Source: Paraspadella gotoi (taxonomy: Eukaryota > Animalia > Chaetognatha). Taken from it: 64,000 nucleotides of DNA. The stretch spans positions 2,660,168 to 2,724,167 of the forward strand of contig CM119268.1 in the NCBI GenBank assembly GCA_051294375.1, read 5' to 3'. The notes beneath the pieces are model-generated. The model was not told the origin of the DNA. It made no database searches and saw only the letters and a list, made by a program, of their open reading frames with translations. Below are positions 12,601 to 25,672 of this stretch, piece after piece (positions within the stretch are counted from its first letter, which is position 1; each line of letters starts with the position of its first letter). Position numbers and translations under genes: made by a program.

Positions 12601-14880
12601 ATGTAGCAGATTTGCTGATGCTCAGGTTGAAGTCTGTCCCATTATGTATCGGCTTACGTATCGTGCTTGACTACTGCTGAGATCATATCCGTTCTCTAAT
12701 TCGTGGTTTATTTCTCTCTCCCTTGTCACTGTAGTCATTATTCTTTCTCTGTACAGTTACTCTCATGACCGGCATATTAGCTGTGTACTGAGCACTTGAT
12801 TCTAGTAGTCAGTGCCGTTCTCGTGTGTCTTTCATTGTTCGAATTACGATACATATCTGTACGAGGCGATTGCGTCTGTCGTTTCTTCTGGCTCTTGGTT
12901 CTTGTCTTTGCGTATGTATCTTTTTATCTCATCTTATGCTGCTCTGCGGGATGTTCAAAGCTTGGACTGCGTTCGTAGGACCCAGCTTTAGATGTAGCTA
13001 ACAGGGTGCGGCCTTTTGGTTAAGCCGACGGTTCGTCGCTCACAGGTGTTCGAGTGGTATACCTTTATGTTCTTAACTGACGATATTGCTATGGTCAGAT
13101 TATATTGTGCGATCAGTGGAGCATTGTGCCAGCATGGAAAGAGAGATCAAAGATGGGTTCTAGGTAATTCGCTTTAAGAATAGCTCCGTCGTACTTCGAG
13201 GATCGAAGACCTAGCGACGATACGAGACATACTCAAGTGCCTGTGTCTTACTACGTGTGTGCGAAGGAGTGAACGGGATCTATGCAGGTGTAATGACTTG
13301 GCGTTGGAGCTGAACGCAGACGATAGCCAAATTCTGGCCGTGCAAGAAAGACGCACAGCTCAGGCCTGAATAGGCTAGTGCTAAGACGCGAGCTCGTTGA
13401 CTGTCAGCTTCGACCCAGCATAGGGACCGTATGTTACGCATTAGCATTCGTTAATATAATTTTATGTTAAATTTCAAATTCCGCATCCATGCTGATATAC
13501 GCTATTAAGGACACCTGCAACCATACAATAATACCAAAATCGCGTCCGATAATATGAAGATTCCGGCTAACTGTACCGTATCAACAATTTAGAGTGTTTA
13601 TGCAGAAAACAACAAAGACTGGAAAGAAGACCGTCAAATAAAGTAAGATCGCTGTTGAGCCACCTGATTCAGGATTTCGGAGTCATAGCAAACTCAGACT
13701 TTTACATTCAAAACATTATTTGAGGAAAGATCAATACACGACGATTGCTTATGGAAAGTTTATCAGAGGCCATCAGTTGAAGTATGAAACGATCGAAGAT
13801 TAATACCAAAAAACATAAGTTGTACGATTTTCCCGTTCGGTACCTCCGATTGACGACTCCGCCACTCACGCGTGCTGTTACAGTAGCTCGCAACGACACG
13901 ATGCTGGGACCAGATCGCTGTCTTTCCACGAGCGTAATAGATCGCTCCGTGAGAGCGCCGTCGGGACGAGCGGAGGCATATCGATAACTAGAGCGATGTC
14001 AAGAGACCCGAGAGCGAGCGAGAGCGGCGCCGCGGGTCACTGGCCCCAGAATATATATTGAGCGACGTATCGTCGTACGTAGCAGCCCGAGACGCGTAGT
14101 GCGCACCCGCACGCCCAGCAGTAGCGAAGAGGATATCTGTGGTGCACTGAGCTGGCAAGCCGCGCAAGAGAGTCCGACGTGATCAGTTCCATGCAGGTAT
14201 TCGCGTTAGCACTCAGCGGCCCGGAGTGATGAGGAGCAAGCAGCGGAGTAGGACTGACGCACCGAGGATGAGCGCGTACCACATGGACCGGACTGCCACG
14301 TAGCAGCCGATGACGAGCATGCAGTCAAGATACGGGACACGCACTGTCGATACCAGGAGTACGACGCAGGTTGCTAACAGATCGAGAGGAGTGTTGGGAG
14401 GAGCTGCGAGGCAATGTGGACGCGTACAGCTGGTATATCATGCGTCAGCAGAGACGATCGAGCAGTGGCCGGAGGGGGTGGGGGGTGGGCGGAAAGAGAG
14501 GAGAGTAAGGGAGGTGAGGGTATAAAAAGAGTTGAGAGACGGTGACGCAGCTAACCAAAGTATAAGCACTTTGTTGAAATTGATAGTTGAGGTTTACGAT
14601 GAGTAATGGTTTTTATAACCTTCGTCACTAAATATAGCGATGGAGATAAAAAGTTTGTTTATAAATATATGAGTTAATTTCTATGGATTGTGTGTTTTAT
14701 TTTATAACATAAAGAGGAGACATTTGTACGTTCTTCCTCAAGTGAAAGGCATTTTTATATTTTTATTGACGGAGCACGTGGAGAAAATATCTATTATGAA
14801 CACAGAGATTAAAACGACTTAAATATGATAAAAGTTAACCCAGCTGTTTCTTGCGCGGAAATATGGCTCACAATTATCAA
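9680..14880 (+). repeat. Insertion-rich direct copy of about 6550-9660 (probable raw long-read gap fill)
   Basis: Collinear anchors: ttttataaaagagattttcattt (6552/9683), kringle exon (7000/10383), aacacgatcatgacccgaa (7861/11459), gagtaagggaggtgaggg (9343/14503), gctcacaattatcaa (9647/14866). About 3.1 kb is expanded to about 5.2 kb by scattered insertions. Confidence 0.9.
10383..10499 (-). other. Frameshifted second copy of the kringle C-terminal exon (artefact more likely than pseudo-exon)
   Basis: Minus strand AATCACAACTACTGTCAGAAATCCCGGTAATCCGGATGTGAAGCCCCTTGCGTGTTTACACGACGGAGCCCG...ATGGAATATGTGCGACGCTCCGAAAGTGC, then GTGAGT. Lies within the noisy duplicate. Confidence 0.8.
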
Positions 14881-15796
14881 TATTAGCTTATATTTTCATT
14901 ATTTGATTTTGTTGATTATATTGCTCATTTTTTTCTTACAATTAACTATCAAAGAATATAGAGTCATAATAACTAATAAAATTGCCCTCATGCAAAATTT
15001 TCTGCTCGTAATTGTAAACAATGTATTTAAAGCCACAATTAAAAATTTTTAAAACAAGCAAAAACAGTATTTGGTGTTTTAAACGTTTTTTAGATCTATA
15101 CGGGGTAATTTTTAAAATTCAAAGAACTCAAAAATTCAAAAGTGTTTTATTTCAACAAAAAATATTTCTTGTCAGAACAAGAGAAGATCTTATTCTTCTT
15201 ATTCAATGACAAAGAAAAGGAAAAAACAGAATTGAAAACCAGCATAGGATCGTCTCACCCATCTGAGTCGGTGTTGGATGCTCGGCCGACCGTAACACGG
15301 ATCTGAGTAGAATAGATGTGGTCGATGCGAACGAACGACGTAACGACGAATGAACGGATATACGACTGACGACGACGACGAGACGAGACGAGCCCGACTG
15401 ACGACAGATGCACCCGTCCTGTGACTCGGAATTGATGCGCTTCCCAACGCAAGAGAGACTAGTAACGAGAAATGGAATAAAAAAATCTTTTTTTTATAAA
15501 TTAACATTAAAAATTAAAAAAAAACTGTGAACTCGTCAGGTAAAGTAGGAAATAAAGAATAGAAAAAAAAAGGGTGGACATTGCATTTGCAATTAATAAT
15601 AGGAAACCGTCGTGACAAGTCGAGAAAAAGAAAAAAAAAGAAATTAAAAAGAATAAAGAAAAAAGAATGAGAAGGAAATTGAAATGATGGATTTCTTTGC
15701 GTGGTCATGAATATTAAAAGAAAGAAGGGAGAAACGAGAGAAATGCTGGAGGGCTTTTTATCGTTTGAGAGAGAGAAAGAGAGAGAGAGAGAGAGA

Positions 15797-15834
<38 letters not shown>

Positions 15835-16251
15835 AGAGAAATCTTCCTTTTCTACACCACTTCATTATCCAGATCTCCGGCGGGGAGCTTTAAGATGCAA
15901 ATTAAGTTGATGCTTTTGACCGCCGTTCTATTGCCACGAGATTCAGATCGGCGATTTTCTCTGGTCGTCGCTCGTTCTAGTCGGTGATTAAAGGGAAGGG
16001 TAGCGGTTTTTAATGGCGGGGTGACTGAGTGAGAGAGGTTAGGAAACTGGTTAAGGTAGTATTTGTATGTATGTTAAATGCGACCCTTTCAGGTGAAGTT
16101 AAAATTTATCGGTAAGTTTGAGGTAAAGAAAATATTAATTTAGAATAGGTACTGGATTTTTGTGAAAAAGTTTTTGGGCGAAAGTTACCAGGGACTCAAG
16201 AACGAAATTACGGCCGGTAGAAATTCNNNNNNNNNNNNNNNNNNNNNNNNN

Positions 16252-16590
16252 ATTATATTTATATTTGATTGTTGATTATTGCCATGCATTATTTTCTGTA
16301 CATGAAACGAGTCAAAGAAGTAGAGACTATGAAAACTAATAAATTGCCCTATGCAAGTCTGCTCGTATGGTAAAATGTATGTAAGCCACAATGTAAAAAT
16401 TGTAAAAAAAAGCAAAAAGTATTTGGGGGGTTAAACGTGGGTTTTAGTCGTAGTCGGGGGTAAGATGTTAAAAATTCAAAACCAAAAAGTCAAAAAGTGT
16501 TTCAACAAAAATAAGTTTCTTTCAGATAACAGAGAAAGTGCGTGTGGCTGCAAGTATGGCAAGAAAAAGGAAAAAATGAAAAAAAAAAAG
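16252..16590 (+). repeat. Direct copy of about 14885-15240 on the far side of a 25-N gap
   Basis: Shared anchors atttgatt.gttgatta, aactaataaa.ttgccct, tctgctcgta, aagccacaat, aaaaattcaa. Confidence 0.8.
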
Positions 16591-18574
16591 AAACTGTCAC
16601 ACCACGGGTGCGCCGGCTCCCGCGGCGGAGGTGCGGAGGGGGAGGTGCTGCGGCCGACGACGACGATGGATGGAGTGACCGAGGTCTTATGACGATAAAT
16701 AATAATAAAACGAGTTACGAAATCAGAAACAAAAGACAGAACCCCAAAAAATGAAATTACTGAGAATCCAACCAAAGCCTACGTATCGATCAGCCAATCC
16801 TCGACATCATTGGCCTCCCAACAAATCCCGGGTCTATCGCTGTCAGTCCGCTAGCATTAATACCCGGTGTGTAACCCTCCCATCGCGTTAACGATATTTT
16901 TCATCCTGATCCCAAAGATGCATGAAGGCTGCTAGTCTTATGAGCCGTTCTGTCCATCAACACATTAATCAGTCAATTGATATTCCGTTCATGTAACCCG
17001 ACTGTACAACATACACGTAGCAAGCAAACAAAACCTTTCACACATGCCTAAACCTGCATGCAACTTTTTGCCATCAATTAACAGACAAACGTACTCAAGT
17101 GTACTCACTTTCCAACATATTTATGCTAAAGACTCAAGGATGTAATTGGAACGACTGAACGATTGAAGTAGCAATTTGTAGAAATGGGATTCGACATCCG
17201 GGGAGAACGAGAATCGAAAATGTCGATTTATGGTGAAAGATTTAGCGATTCGCTTTAGGGATTGGTGATCGAGGTCACGCGGCGATTTAATTCTCTGTAC
17301 AATGAGATTGGTAATTTGGTGAAAGCGATGGGAGATTCGGAATTCTAAAGAATTAATTAATTAATTAACTCTTAAATTAGATTGATAATTTGGTGAAAGC
17401 GACGGGAGATTTACAATTCTAAAGAATTGTTTAATTTTTCGCTAATTTTAGATCGAACTTTATAAGAAAACTTTTCTCTCATTTGTCAAGTTTGAAAGGA
17501 GAAGAAGAAAACGACGGTAGCAACTTTTTTTTTCTTCGTTAAGAAATGAATTATTATAAGGAATTGACATATTCTAGTACCAGTCTTATTGCACTGGAGA
17601 CTATGTAAGTCTACGACTTGTACAAATATACGTCCTGACGCAAACCCTCTTCCTATTGGCCGAAACTCGTATGCATTAATGTTGTTCCGTACATCTTTGT
17701 CATTCCTATTTTTATTCTCCTTTCGTTAATTTGATTCTCTAGCAGACCTATGTACTTACCGTTTTCCATCTACGATATGCNNNNNNNNNNNNNNNNNNNN
17801 NNNNNATAAGTTTCGGCAATGAAGTTGTACGTATATTGTACAATCGTAGACACTTTAGTCTCTGCAATAAGCCGACTAGAATAATGATATAAATGGCAAC
17901 AATAACGACAACGATGATGACGACGACGACAACGACGATGACGATGACGACGACAACGATATCCTTGGCCTCTGGATCTCCGGGAGACTCGCTCCGCCGC
18001 GAGTCAAACATCGTCTTTTTTTATGGACGTCGATAAAAAAAAAGATAAAACGAAATAAAAAATAAAAACGCCGACGAAAAAAATGGGAAATTGGCGGAAA
18101 ATTTTTTTTTTTCTAACGGAGATACATTTTTTTTGTTCCCCTGGGCGAAAAGAGATGGCGCCACCGTTACGAGACGCTCGGGACCGAAAGAGACAGACGG
18201 AGATGGAACGGTAGCTCTAAATTCGGCGAAAAGAATAGGACGAGCCGAGACATTTAAGCCTAAATGAAGATTGATGAGGAGGAAATTTAATGGGCGATGG
18301 AAAGTGAAGTAGTATGGAGAGAGAGAGAGAGAGATCGAGAGAGAGCGACGCAGAGAGAGAGCAGAAGAGGGAGAGCAGAGAGGAGAGAGAGAGACGAGAC
18401 GGGACGAGAGAGAGAACAGAGAGAGAGAGAGAGAGAGCAGAAGAGAGAGAGAGACGAGAGAAAGAGAGAGAGAGAGAGAAGAAGATCGACCTTGTCCAGC
18501 GAGTCAACGCCATCTGGATGCGTGAGAATTAATCTGGGATATATATTTAATAGAATAGAAGGGAAGAAAAAGAA

Positions 18575-19278
18575 CGCCTAGAAGGAGACGAAGAATAACA
18601 GAAGAAAATAGAAGAACACAGGATAAAAAAGCTGGAAGGAGCAACGAAAGAATAGACAGAGAGAAATAGAAGAAGAGATGAAAAAAAGCTGGAAAGGAGA
18701 CCGAAGACAATACCAGAGAAATAGATAGAAGGGAGATGAAGAAAAGCTGGAAGGAGACGAAGACATACAGAGAAAATAGAAGAGAAGAGATCGAAAAAGA
18801 GCTGGAAGGAGACCGAAGAAATACAGGACAAGAAATAGAACAGAAAGGCACGAATGAAAAAATGCTAGGGAAGGATTAGACGGAAGAATAGCAGAGAAAG
18901 TACGACAGAAGGAGATGAAAAAAGCTGAAGGAGCCGGAAGAATACAGAGAAAATAGAAGGACGGAGAAATGAAAAAAGCCTGGAAGGAGACGACAGAATA
19001 GACAGATAAATAGAAGACAGGAGGATGAAAAAAAGCTGAAGGACGACGAAGAAGTACAGCAAAACTAGAAAGAAGGGAGATGAAAAAAGCTGGAAGGAGA
19101 CGAAGAATACTCAGAGAAATAGAAAGAACGGAGATGAAAAAAGCTGAAAGGAGACGAAGAAATACAGAGCAAAATCACGAAGAAGGAGCCATGAAAAAAA
19201 AAGCTGGACAGGAAACGAAGAAAGCAGAGAAATAGAAGAAGGGCAGATGAAAACAAAAGCTGGAAGGCAGACGAAGTT
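18575..19278. repeat. Minisatellite, about 13 copies of a ~51-57 bp unit (gaaaaaagctggaaggagacgaagaatacagagaaaatagaagaaggagat)
   Basis: gctg(g)aagg recurs near 18631, 18688, 18746, 18801, 18864, 18924, 18978, 19035, 19089, 19143, 19203 and 19259. Confidence 0.9.
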
Positions 19279-19545
19279 TACTGAGGAGAAAGAGAATCGA
19301 AATATAATAGAAGAAAATAAGAGGAAGATAAAGGAGAAGATGTAAAGAAAATAATAAAAAAAGAGAGAAAGAATGAAAGAAAAGTCAGTTCGAAAAAAAA
19401 AACAATCAAAAAGCAAAAAGATAAAGAGAAAATAAATGAAAAATAAACAAAAAAAGAAAGTCTAGAAAGACCCTGGAGCCCGCAAAAAGTCGGCCAACCT
19501 ACCACGGTCATATAAGGTAACGACTTGAGAAACGAGAGAGAGAGC

Positions 19546-19591
<46 letters not shown>

Positions 19592-20391
19592 GAAGGGGGA
19601 GAGAGAGACAGAGAGAGAGCAGAGCAGAAGAAGGAGAGAATGAGAGAGCAGCAAAATGGAAGATGGAAGAGTCAGTGATTTTCCTCTTTCCGTAGAGAGT
19701 TTGTTATTATTTCGTCATAAATAATTTAGTTGAGAGAAAAATATTTCGCATCAATAATAAGTTAAATAAAGTTAAATTAAAGCAAGTTAAATAAATTTAA
19801 CATATGAAAGAAATGGTTTAATGTTTATAGTTCTCGATTGGCCGACGCTTCCTTTATCTGTGACTTTGCGGACGCAGATGTTGGTTTTAATAAAATATCT
19901 CCTCGACTTTGACGTTTTTAATCTGCGAGAGACTTCACTTTTCAATCAGGAAATTAAATTAATAAAATTTATAAACTTATTCGTTATTAAAATTTCAAAC
20001 TTCATTCTTTCCGCGGCTTTCAAGCTTTTTCCAAGCTTTTTCTAAGCTTTTTTTTCCAATCTCATCCACTCGCTTGCGATTCACAATCTCGTCTCACGAT
20101 CTCACGTGATTCATCCTCCTTATTTGATTCACCTCCGTTCACTTCCTGCTTCTCCCCAAATCTTGGGAAGAAAGCAAAGATTCTTATTCTCACCATCAAC
20201 ACCATCAACATCACCAACACCATCAAAATCATCAACATCAGCAAAACCATCACCAACTCCATCAATTTTTTTTCCTTTCACTTTTATTCGCAATTAGACG
20301 TTTGTTTTCACTTTCATTCTCAATCTATTTCACTTTTTCATCACCGCTCTCTTCATTTTACTCCTTCGCCATACCCCTTTCCCTCATTATT

Positions 20392-20430
<39 letters not shown>

Positions 20431-20507
20431 AAAAGATTCAAGTCGTCGATTTGAATATGAATCCTCGCGTCTAGACGAAAACTTGTTCAAAGTCGAGCGC
20501 CTCCGTC

Positions 20508-20527
20508 GGTCGTCGTCGTCGTCCTCA

Positions 20528-20562
<35 letters not shown>
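20508..20562. repeat. (TCG)n microsatellite
   Basis: Directly visible; source of the poly-S/poly-D ORFs. Confidence 0.9.
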
Positions 20563-22794
20563 TTTCAATGGCGAGACGAATTCGCCAAAAAAAAAGGCGA
20601 CGCTGAATTTCTCTCGATCAAAAGAGTCAGTTGACGCAAAGACGAATTCGAAGAAGAAGACGAAGCAGACGAATTCAAAGAGAAGCAGACGAAAGACGAA
20701 TGCGGAAACAAAAGGTGAAGGAGACGAGAGGGCGCCACGGAAACAAAAGACGCAGAGGACGAGAAGATTCGTAAAAGAAACAAAAGACGTCGTGGATGAG
20801 ATTTCAAAAACAAAAAGTACGAAGTAGGACAACAAGAAAGGGAAAAAACGAAAAAAAAGCTATAAGACAAAAAAAACAACAACAAAAACAATACAACAAA
20901 TACTTCAAATGAAGAGGACCAATGATATGACTGTCACACAAATAAGTGTCATTCATACTTTTATTATCATATGAATTTTTTCAGTTTATAAGACTAACAT
21001 TCATACGCTAGAAGTCCTTCTTTCATTCCTCGTCTGGCATCGAAAAGACGCCCTCGGATTTTCCCGCTCAAAAACCTCGGTCAGCGCCTTTTGTTCGTCT
21101 CGCCATTTTTCTCCATTTTTATGGCGCCATCTTCTTTTTCCCTCGCCGCTCTTCCTCCATCATTATCTCGTCAACGTTTTCAAACATATACTCTCGGCGT
21201 CTTCCTCCTCCTCCTCCTCCTCTTCCTCCTCCTCCTCTTTCCAAAGATCCCAACCCTCTCGGCGCCGATAGAGAGGAATCCAGACAAAGGAGGCGTGGAT
21301 TCCCGATGAATGGAGATGAACGTTAGATGGCGGGAAGTGAATACAGGAGCGAATGAAAATGAACGGGGAGGGGAAGGGAAAGAGGGGNNNNNNNNNNNNN
21401 NNNNNNNNNNNNNNNNNNNNNNNNNNNNNNNNNNNNNNNNNNNNNNNNNNNNNNNNNNNNNNNNNNNNNNNNNNAATGAGAGAAGATGAGGCAGAGAGAG
21501 AGTGGGAGAAGATAATGATAAACATGATAAATGATACAAGAACCAACGGACCCTGAAAGGCTGCCGATTAAGCGGCTTATACGGGTCTTTCATACTGAAA
21601 AGACATATCCGTTGGACGTAAAAACAAAATTTAAAAATTGACCGTATGGAGAGAGTAGAGAGAGAAGCAACGAGAGAGAGAGGAGAAGCAACGAGAGAGG
21701 AGACGATGACAGCAGTAAACAGAGAGGAGAAGAGAGAGAGAGAGAGAAGAGACTTCTGGCAAATGTACCTGGTCGAGCTGCCCCATCGCGAATATTTCGA
21801 GGTCCACCAAAGCGACGCAAAGGGCCATTGGTGAATTGAGTCATTAGCATCTATAAATTACATGGTATCAATAATGTATAATTTAATTACATATTATTAG
21901 CTGTGTCATTATATCATAAAGTTAATTTGAGAAGAAAATAGACAAAAAATATTGAGAGGAAGCAAAAATAGAAGTGGGGGTAAGAAAAGGAGAGAACCGA
22001 AAGCGAGTGTTGAAGAACTTGAAGAGGAGAGAGAGAGAGAGAGAAGAGCAGAGAGAAGAGAGAGAGAGAGAGAGAGTAGAGAGAGAGAGAGAGAGTAGAG
22101 AAGATGCAGGAGAGTAGAAGAGAGAGGGAGGACGCCAATAGGTGCAGTAACTCACAAAAATTCCGCATGGCTGTGACAACGCAGATGTTCTCGTTATACA
22201 AACTTCTTACTCCTTCGAAATAACCGAAGCAACAGTGTGAGGAGGAGAGGAAGAGGAGGAGGAAGAGGAGGAAGAGGAGGAGGAGGGAAGGAATACTCTT
22301 AAACAGGAAGGTAGATGACGGAGAAAGGACAGAGTCTCTCCATTGGGAAAGCAGGCGGGCGTCCGGGAAGAAAGAGGGAAAAAAAGGAAGAAGAAAGGAA
22401 AGAAAACAAAGAAAGGAAGATTAAATGAAAAGAATAAAGAATAAAGGAGAAGGTATAAGTGTAAACGTAAAAATTGGCGGCAGGTATTGATGGTGGCAGC
22501 TGCAAGACAAGAAAGGATCAAGAAGGAAAGAACTAATTTATTTTATATATCTTGATGAACAAAGGTGAAAGAAATATGAGTGAAAATTAGAGAAAATGAG
22601 AGAAAATTACACTTTTTTTTAAAAAAATTGATCAAATAATAATTTCCCATTTTTTCGTTAAAAATCATCTACGTATATCGAATAATTATGACCAAAATAA
22701 AATATAAATCTAATTGAAAAACAATCAAAATTTACGAATTCCTCTCCTCATGAAAAACCATAATTCACCGTGAGACTTTCACTGGCCGAAAGAA

Positions 22795-22910
22795 CTCGTG
22801 ATCACGTTTCCTGCGTTGATTCGCACGCACCAACGTGCCAAAATGCGCACGCGCGATTGCTGACGGTAGCGATACGCGCATGCGCAGAAACTTTTGCGCA
22901 TACGTAACGC
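22795..22910. promoter_or_regulatory. CpG-rich cluster of NRF1-like motifs (putative promoter or enhancer)
   Basis: Perfect palindrome GCGCATGCGC at 22876-22885, with near matches TGCGCACGCGC (22844-22854) and TGCGCATACG (22895-22904), inside AT-rich flanks. Confidence 0.45.
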
Positions 22911-24663
22911 AAACACAGAGAGAAAGAGAGAAAGAGAAAGTCCATGCAAAGCACGAACTTCGTTTTTCTAGAGCAAACAGGCAGTAACTAAACGATTTTT
23001 TAGTTTGGGAATAAAAAAAGAAAGAAAAAAATGTACCCAGTAGACGCGCAGAAAGCGACGAAGTCATTTGCATAGGCAATCAAGTTTTCTTTTTTTTGTG
23101 TTGCCTCTAGGAAAAATTGCTAGTTTGACAAAAAAAAAAATCGCTTGTCATGAATACGTCACAAAAAACGTCACTGAAAAAAAAAAACCGGGAAATTGGA
23201 AGATAAAATTTATAATAAACTAAGGAGGGGAAAGGACAATGTAATTTTAAATTATTTAGATACTATATATAAAACAATACAAGTCATGGGAAATTTAATC
23301 GAATAATCAAATTTGGGAATAAATTTTTGGAAACTCTGAGAGAAGAAGAGAGCGGAGGGAAGAGAGAGACGGATGATGAAGAGAGAAGAGAGGAGATGAG
23401 AGATGAGGAGGAGAGAGAGGAAGATATACGGTTTGTTGTGTTGTCATTTTTATCGCTTTCGCTTTCATTTACTGTTTGTTTGTTCTTTCTTATTACAACT
23501 AAAATTAATCGTCTGTGTTCTCGAAACAACTGAGTGTTGCCTACGCGATGCTGTCCTGTTTCGNNNNNNNNNNNNNNNNNNNNNNNNNNNNNNNNNNNNN
23601 NNNNNNNNNNNNNNNNNNNNNNNNNNNNNNNNNNNNNNNNNNNNNNNNNNNNNNNNNNNNNNNNNNNNNNNNNNNNNNNNNNNNNNNNNNNNNNNNNNNN
23701 NNNNNNNNNNNNNNNNNNNNNNNNNNNNNNNNNNNNNNNNNNNNNNNNNNNNNNNNNNNNNNNNNNNNNNNNNNNNNNNNNNNNNNNNNNNNNNNNNNNN
23801 NNNNNNNNNNNNNNNNNNNNNNNNNNNNNNNNNNNNNNNNNNNNNNNNNNNNNNNNNNNNNNNNNNNNNNNNNNNNNNNNNNNNNNNNNNNNNNNNNNNN
23901 NNNNNNNNNNNNNNNNNNNNNNNNNNNNNNNNNNNNNNNNNNNNNNNNNNNNNNNNNNNNNNNNNNNNNNNNNNNNNNNNNNNNNNNNNNNNNNNNNAGA
24001 AGAAGTTTAGGAAATATTGAGGGAAAAGGAAAAATATAACGTCGGCGGCGGCAGCGGCAGCGGTGGCGGTGGTAGCAGCAGCGGCAGCGGTGGCAGCGGC
24101 GGCAGCGGCGACGACGACGAATCAGAAAGAGAAATCGAATTAAGAACAAAAATTCGCACGAAGTTGAATCAATGAACGATTTAACCACAGACAGACTGAT
24201 AAACCGATCCAATGTCGACAATTTGATTATGTTTGACCGACACGTCGATGGAACGGGCAAAGAGAGGCCGACAAAGAAAGGAACCGACAGATGTTCTACA
24301 TCCATGGACCGACAACTCCGTCAGCGAGTTACGACGCGCGAACTGCCTCCGCTGGATTTTTTTTTTCCGACGGGTCAGACTGATAAAATTTTGTGGAACC
24401 GTTTCTGGGGCCATATGGAAAGAGAGGAAGNNNNNNNNNNNNNNNNNNNNNNNNNNNNNNNNNNNNNNNNNNNNNNNNNNNNNNNNNNNNNNNNNNNNNN
24501 NNNNNNNNNNNNNNNNNNNNNNNNNNNNNNNNNNNNNNNNNNNNNNNNNNNNNNNNNNNNNNNNNNNNNNNNNNNNNNNNNNNNNNNNNNNNNNNNNNNN
24601 NNNNNNNNNNNNNNNNNNNNNNNNNNNNNNNNNNNNNNNNNNNNNNNNNNNNNNNNNNNNNNN

Positions 24664-24697
<34 letters not shown>

Positions 24698-25609
24698 CCC
24701 AATTTCATGAAAAGGACGTGGTAAGTCACGGGTGAGTCAGCCTTCGACCCGAGGAAGTTGATCGGAAGAAATAGAAGAGAAGAGAGGAGGAAAGAAGATA
24801 GGAAGAAGGAAAGAGAGAGAAGATGTAAAGAGGAGAAAAGAAAATGAGAAGAAGAGAGGAAAAGGGAGAGAAGATGAAAAGAGGAGAAAAGAAGACAAGA
24901 AGAAGAGAGGAAAAGAGAGAGACGATAAAAAGTCATGGAAAGACGTTAACGAATTAAATAAGGAGAAAAGAAAAGAAAAAAGTAAAGATGCAATCATCAA
25001 TACGGACAGATATGCAGACAGGGATATCAGACAAGGATATACAATCAAGGATGCCAACACGATCTTTTTATTATAATATTTTGGAAATGGGAAAAGCGCA
25101 TTGACAATCGACAATCGACAATTGACAATTGACTCTATCTCCTTTTGCCNNNNNNNNNNNNNNNNNNNNNNNNNNNNNNNNNNNNNNNNNNNNNNNNNNN
25201 NNNNNNNNNNNNNNNNNNNNNNNNNNNNNNNNNNNNNNNNNNNNNNNNNNNNNNNNNNNNNNNNNNNNNNNNNNNNNNNNNNNNNNNNNNNNNNNNNNNN
25301 NNNNNNNNNNNNNNNNNNNNNNNNNNNNNNNNNNNNNNNNNNNNNNNNNNNNNNNNNNNNNNNNNNNNNNNNNNNNNNNNNNNNNNNNNNNNNNNNNNNN
25401 NNNNNNNNNNNNNNNNNNNNNNNNNNNNNNNNNNNNNNNNNNNNNNNNNNACAACGTTTTGGATGTCAAACTTTTTTGGAAGAAAGAAAAACAGAAAAAA
25501 AAACTAAAACAAAAAAATGGGTCAGACTTAGACAAAAAAAAACGAAGGAAAGCGAAACAAAAAATGGAGAACAAAAAACTAATGAGACGAAAATAAAGGG
25601 CAGAAACCA

Positions 25610-25610
<1 letters not shown>

Positions 25611-25670
<60 letters not shown>
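25611..25670. repeat. (GAC)n microsatellite, about 20 copies
   Basis: Perfect trinucleotide run. Confidence 0.97.

Positions 25671-25672
<2 letters not shown>

Noticed and set aside
9680-14880. Second kringle module or ROR pseudogene
   Set aside because: Divergence is almost all scattered insertions, equal in exon and intron, which fits read error rather than evolution.
18575-19278. CRISPR-like repeat-spacer array
   Set aside because: Whole units repeat with no unique spacers, context is eukaryotic, and there are no cas genes. The same applies to 27860-28400 and 59769-59892.
20390-20827. 145-aa Lys/Ser-rich ORF
   Set aside because: Starts in a (CT)n tract, is built around (TCG)n, and has no domain or splice support.
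21750-21834. DFWQM peptide resembling a tyrosine phosphatase motif
   Set aside because: Five residues only, purine-rich upstream flank with no acceptor, and no other PTP motifs.
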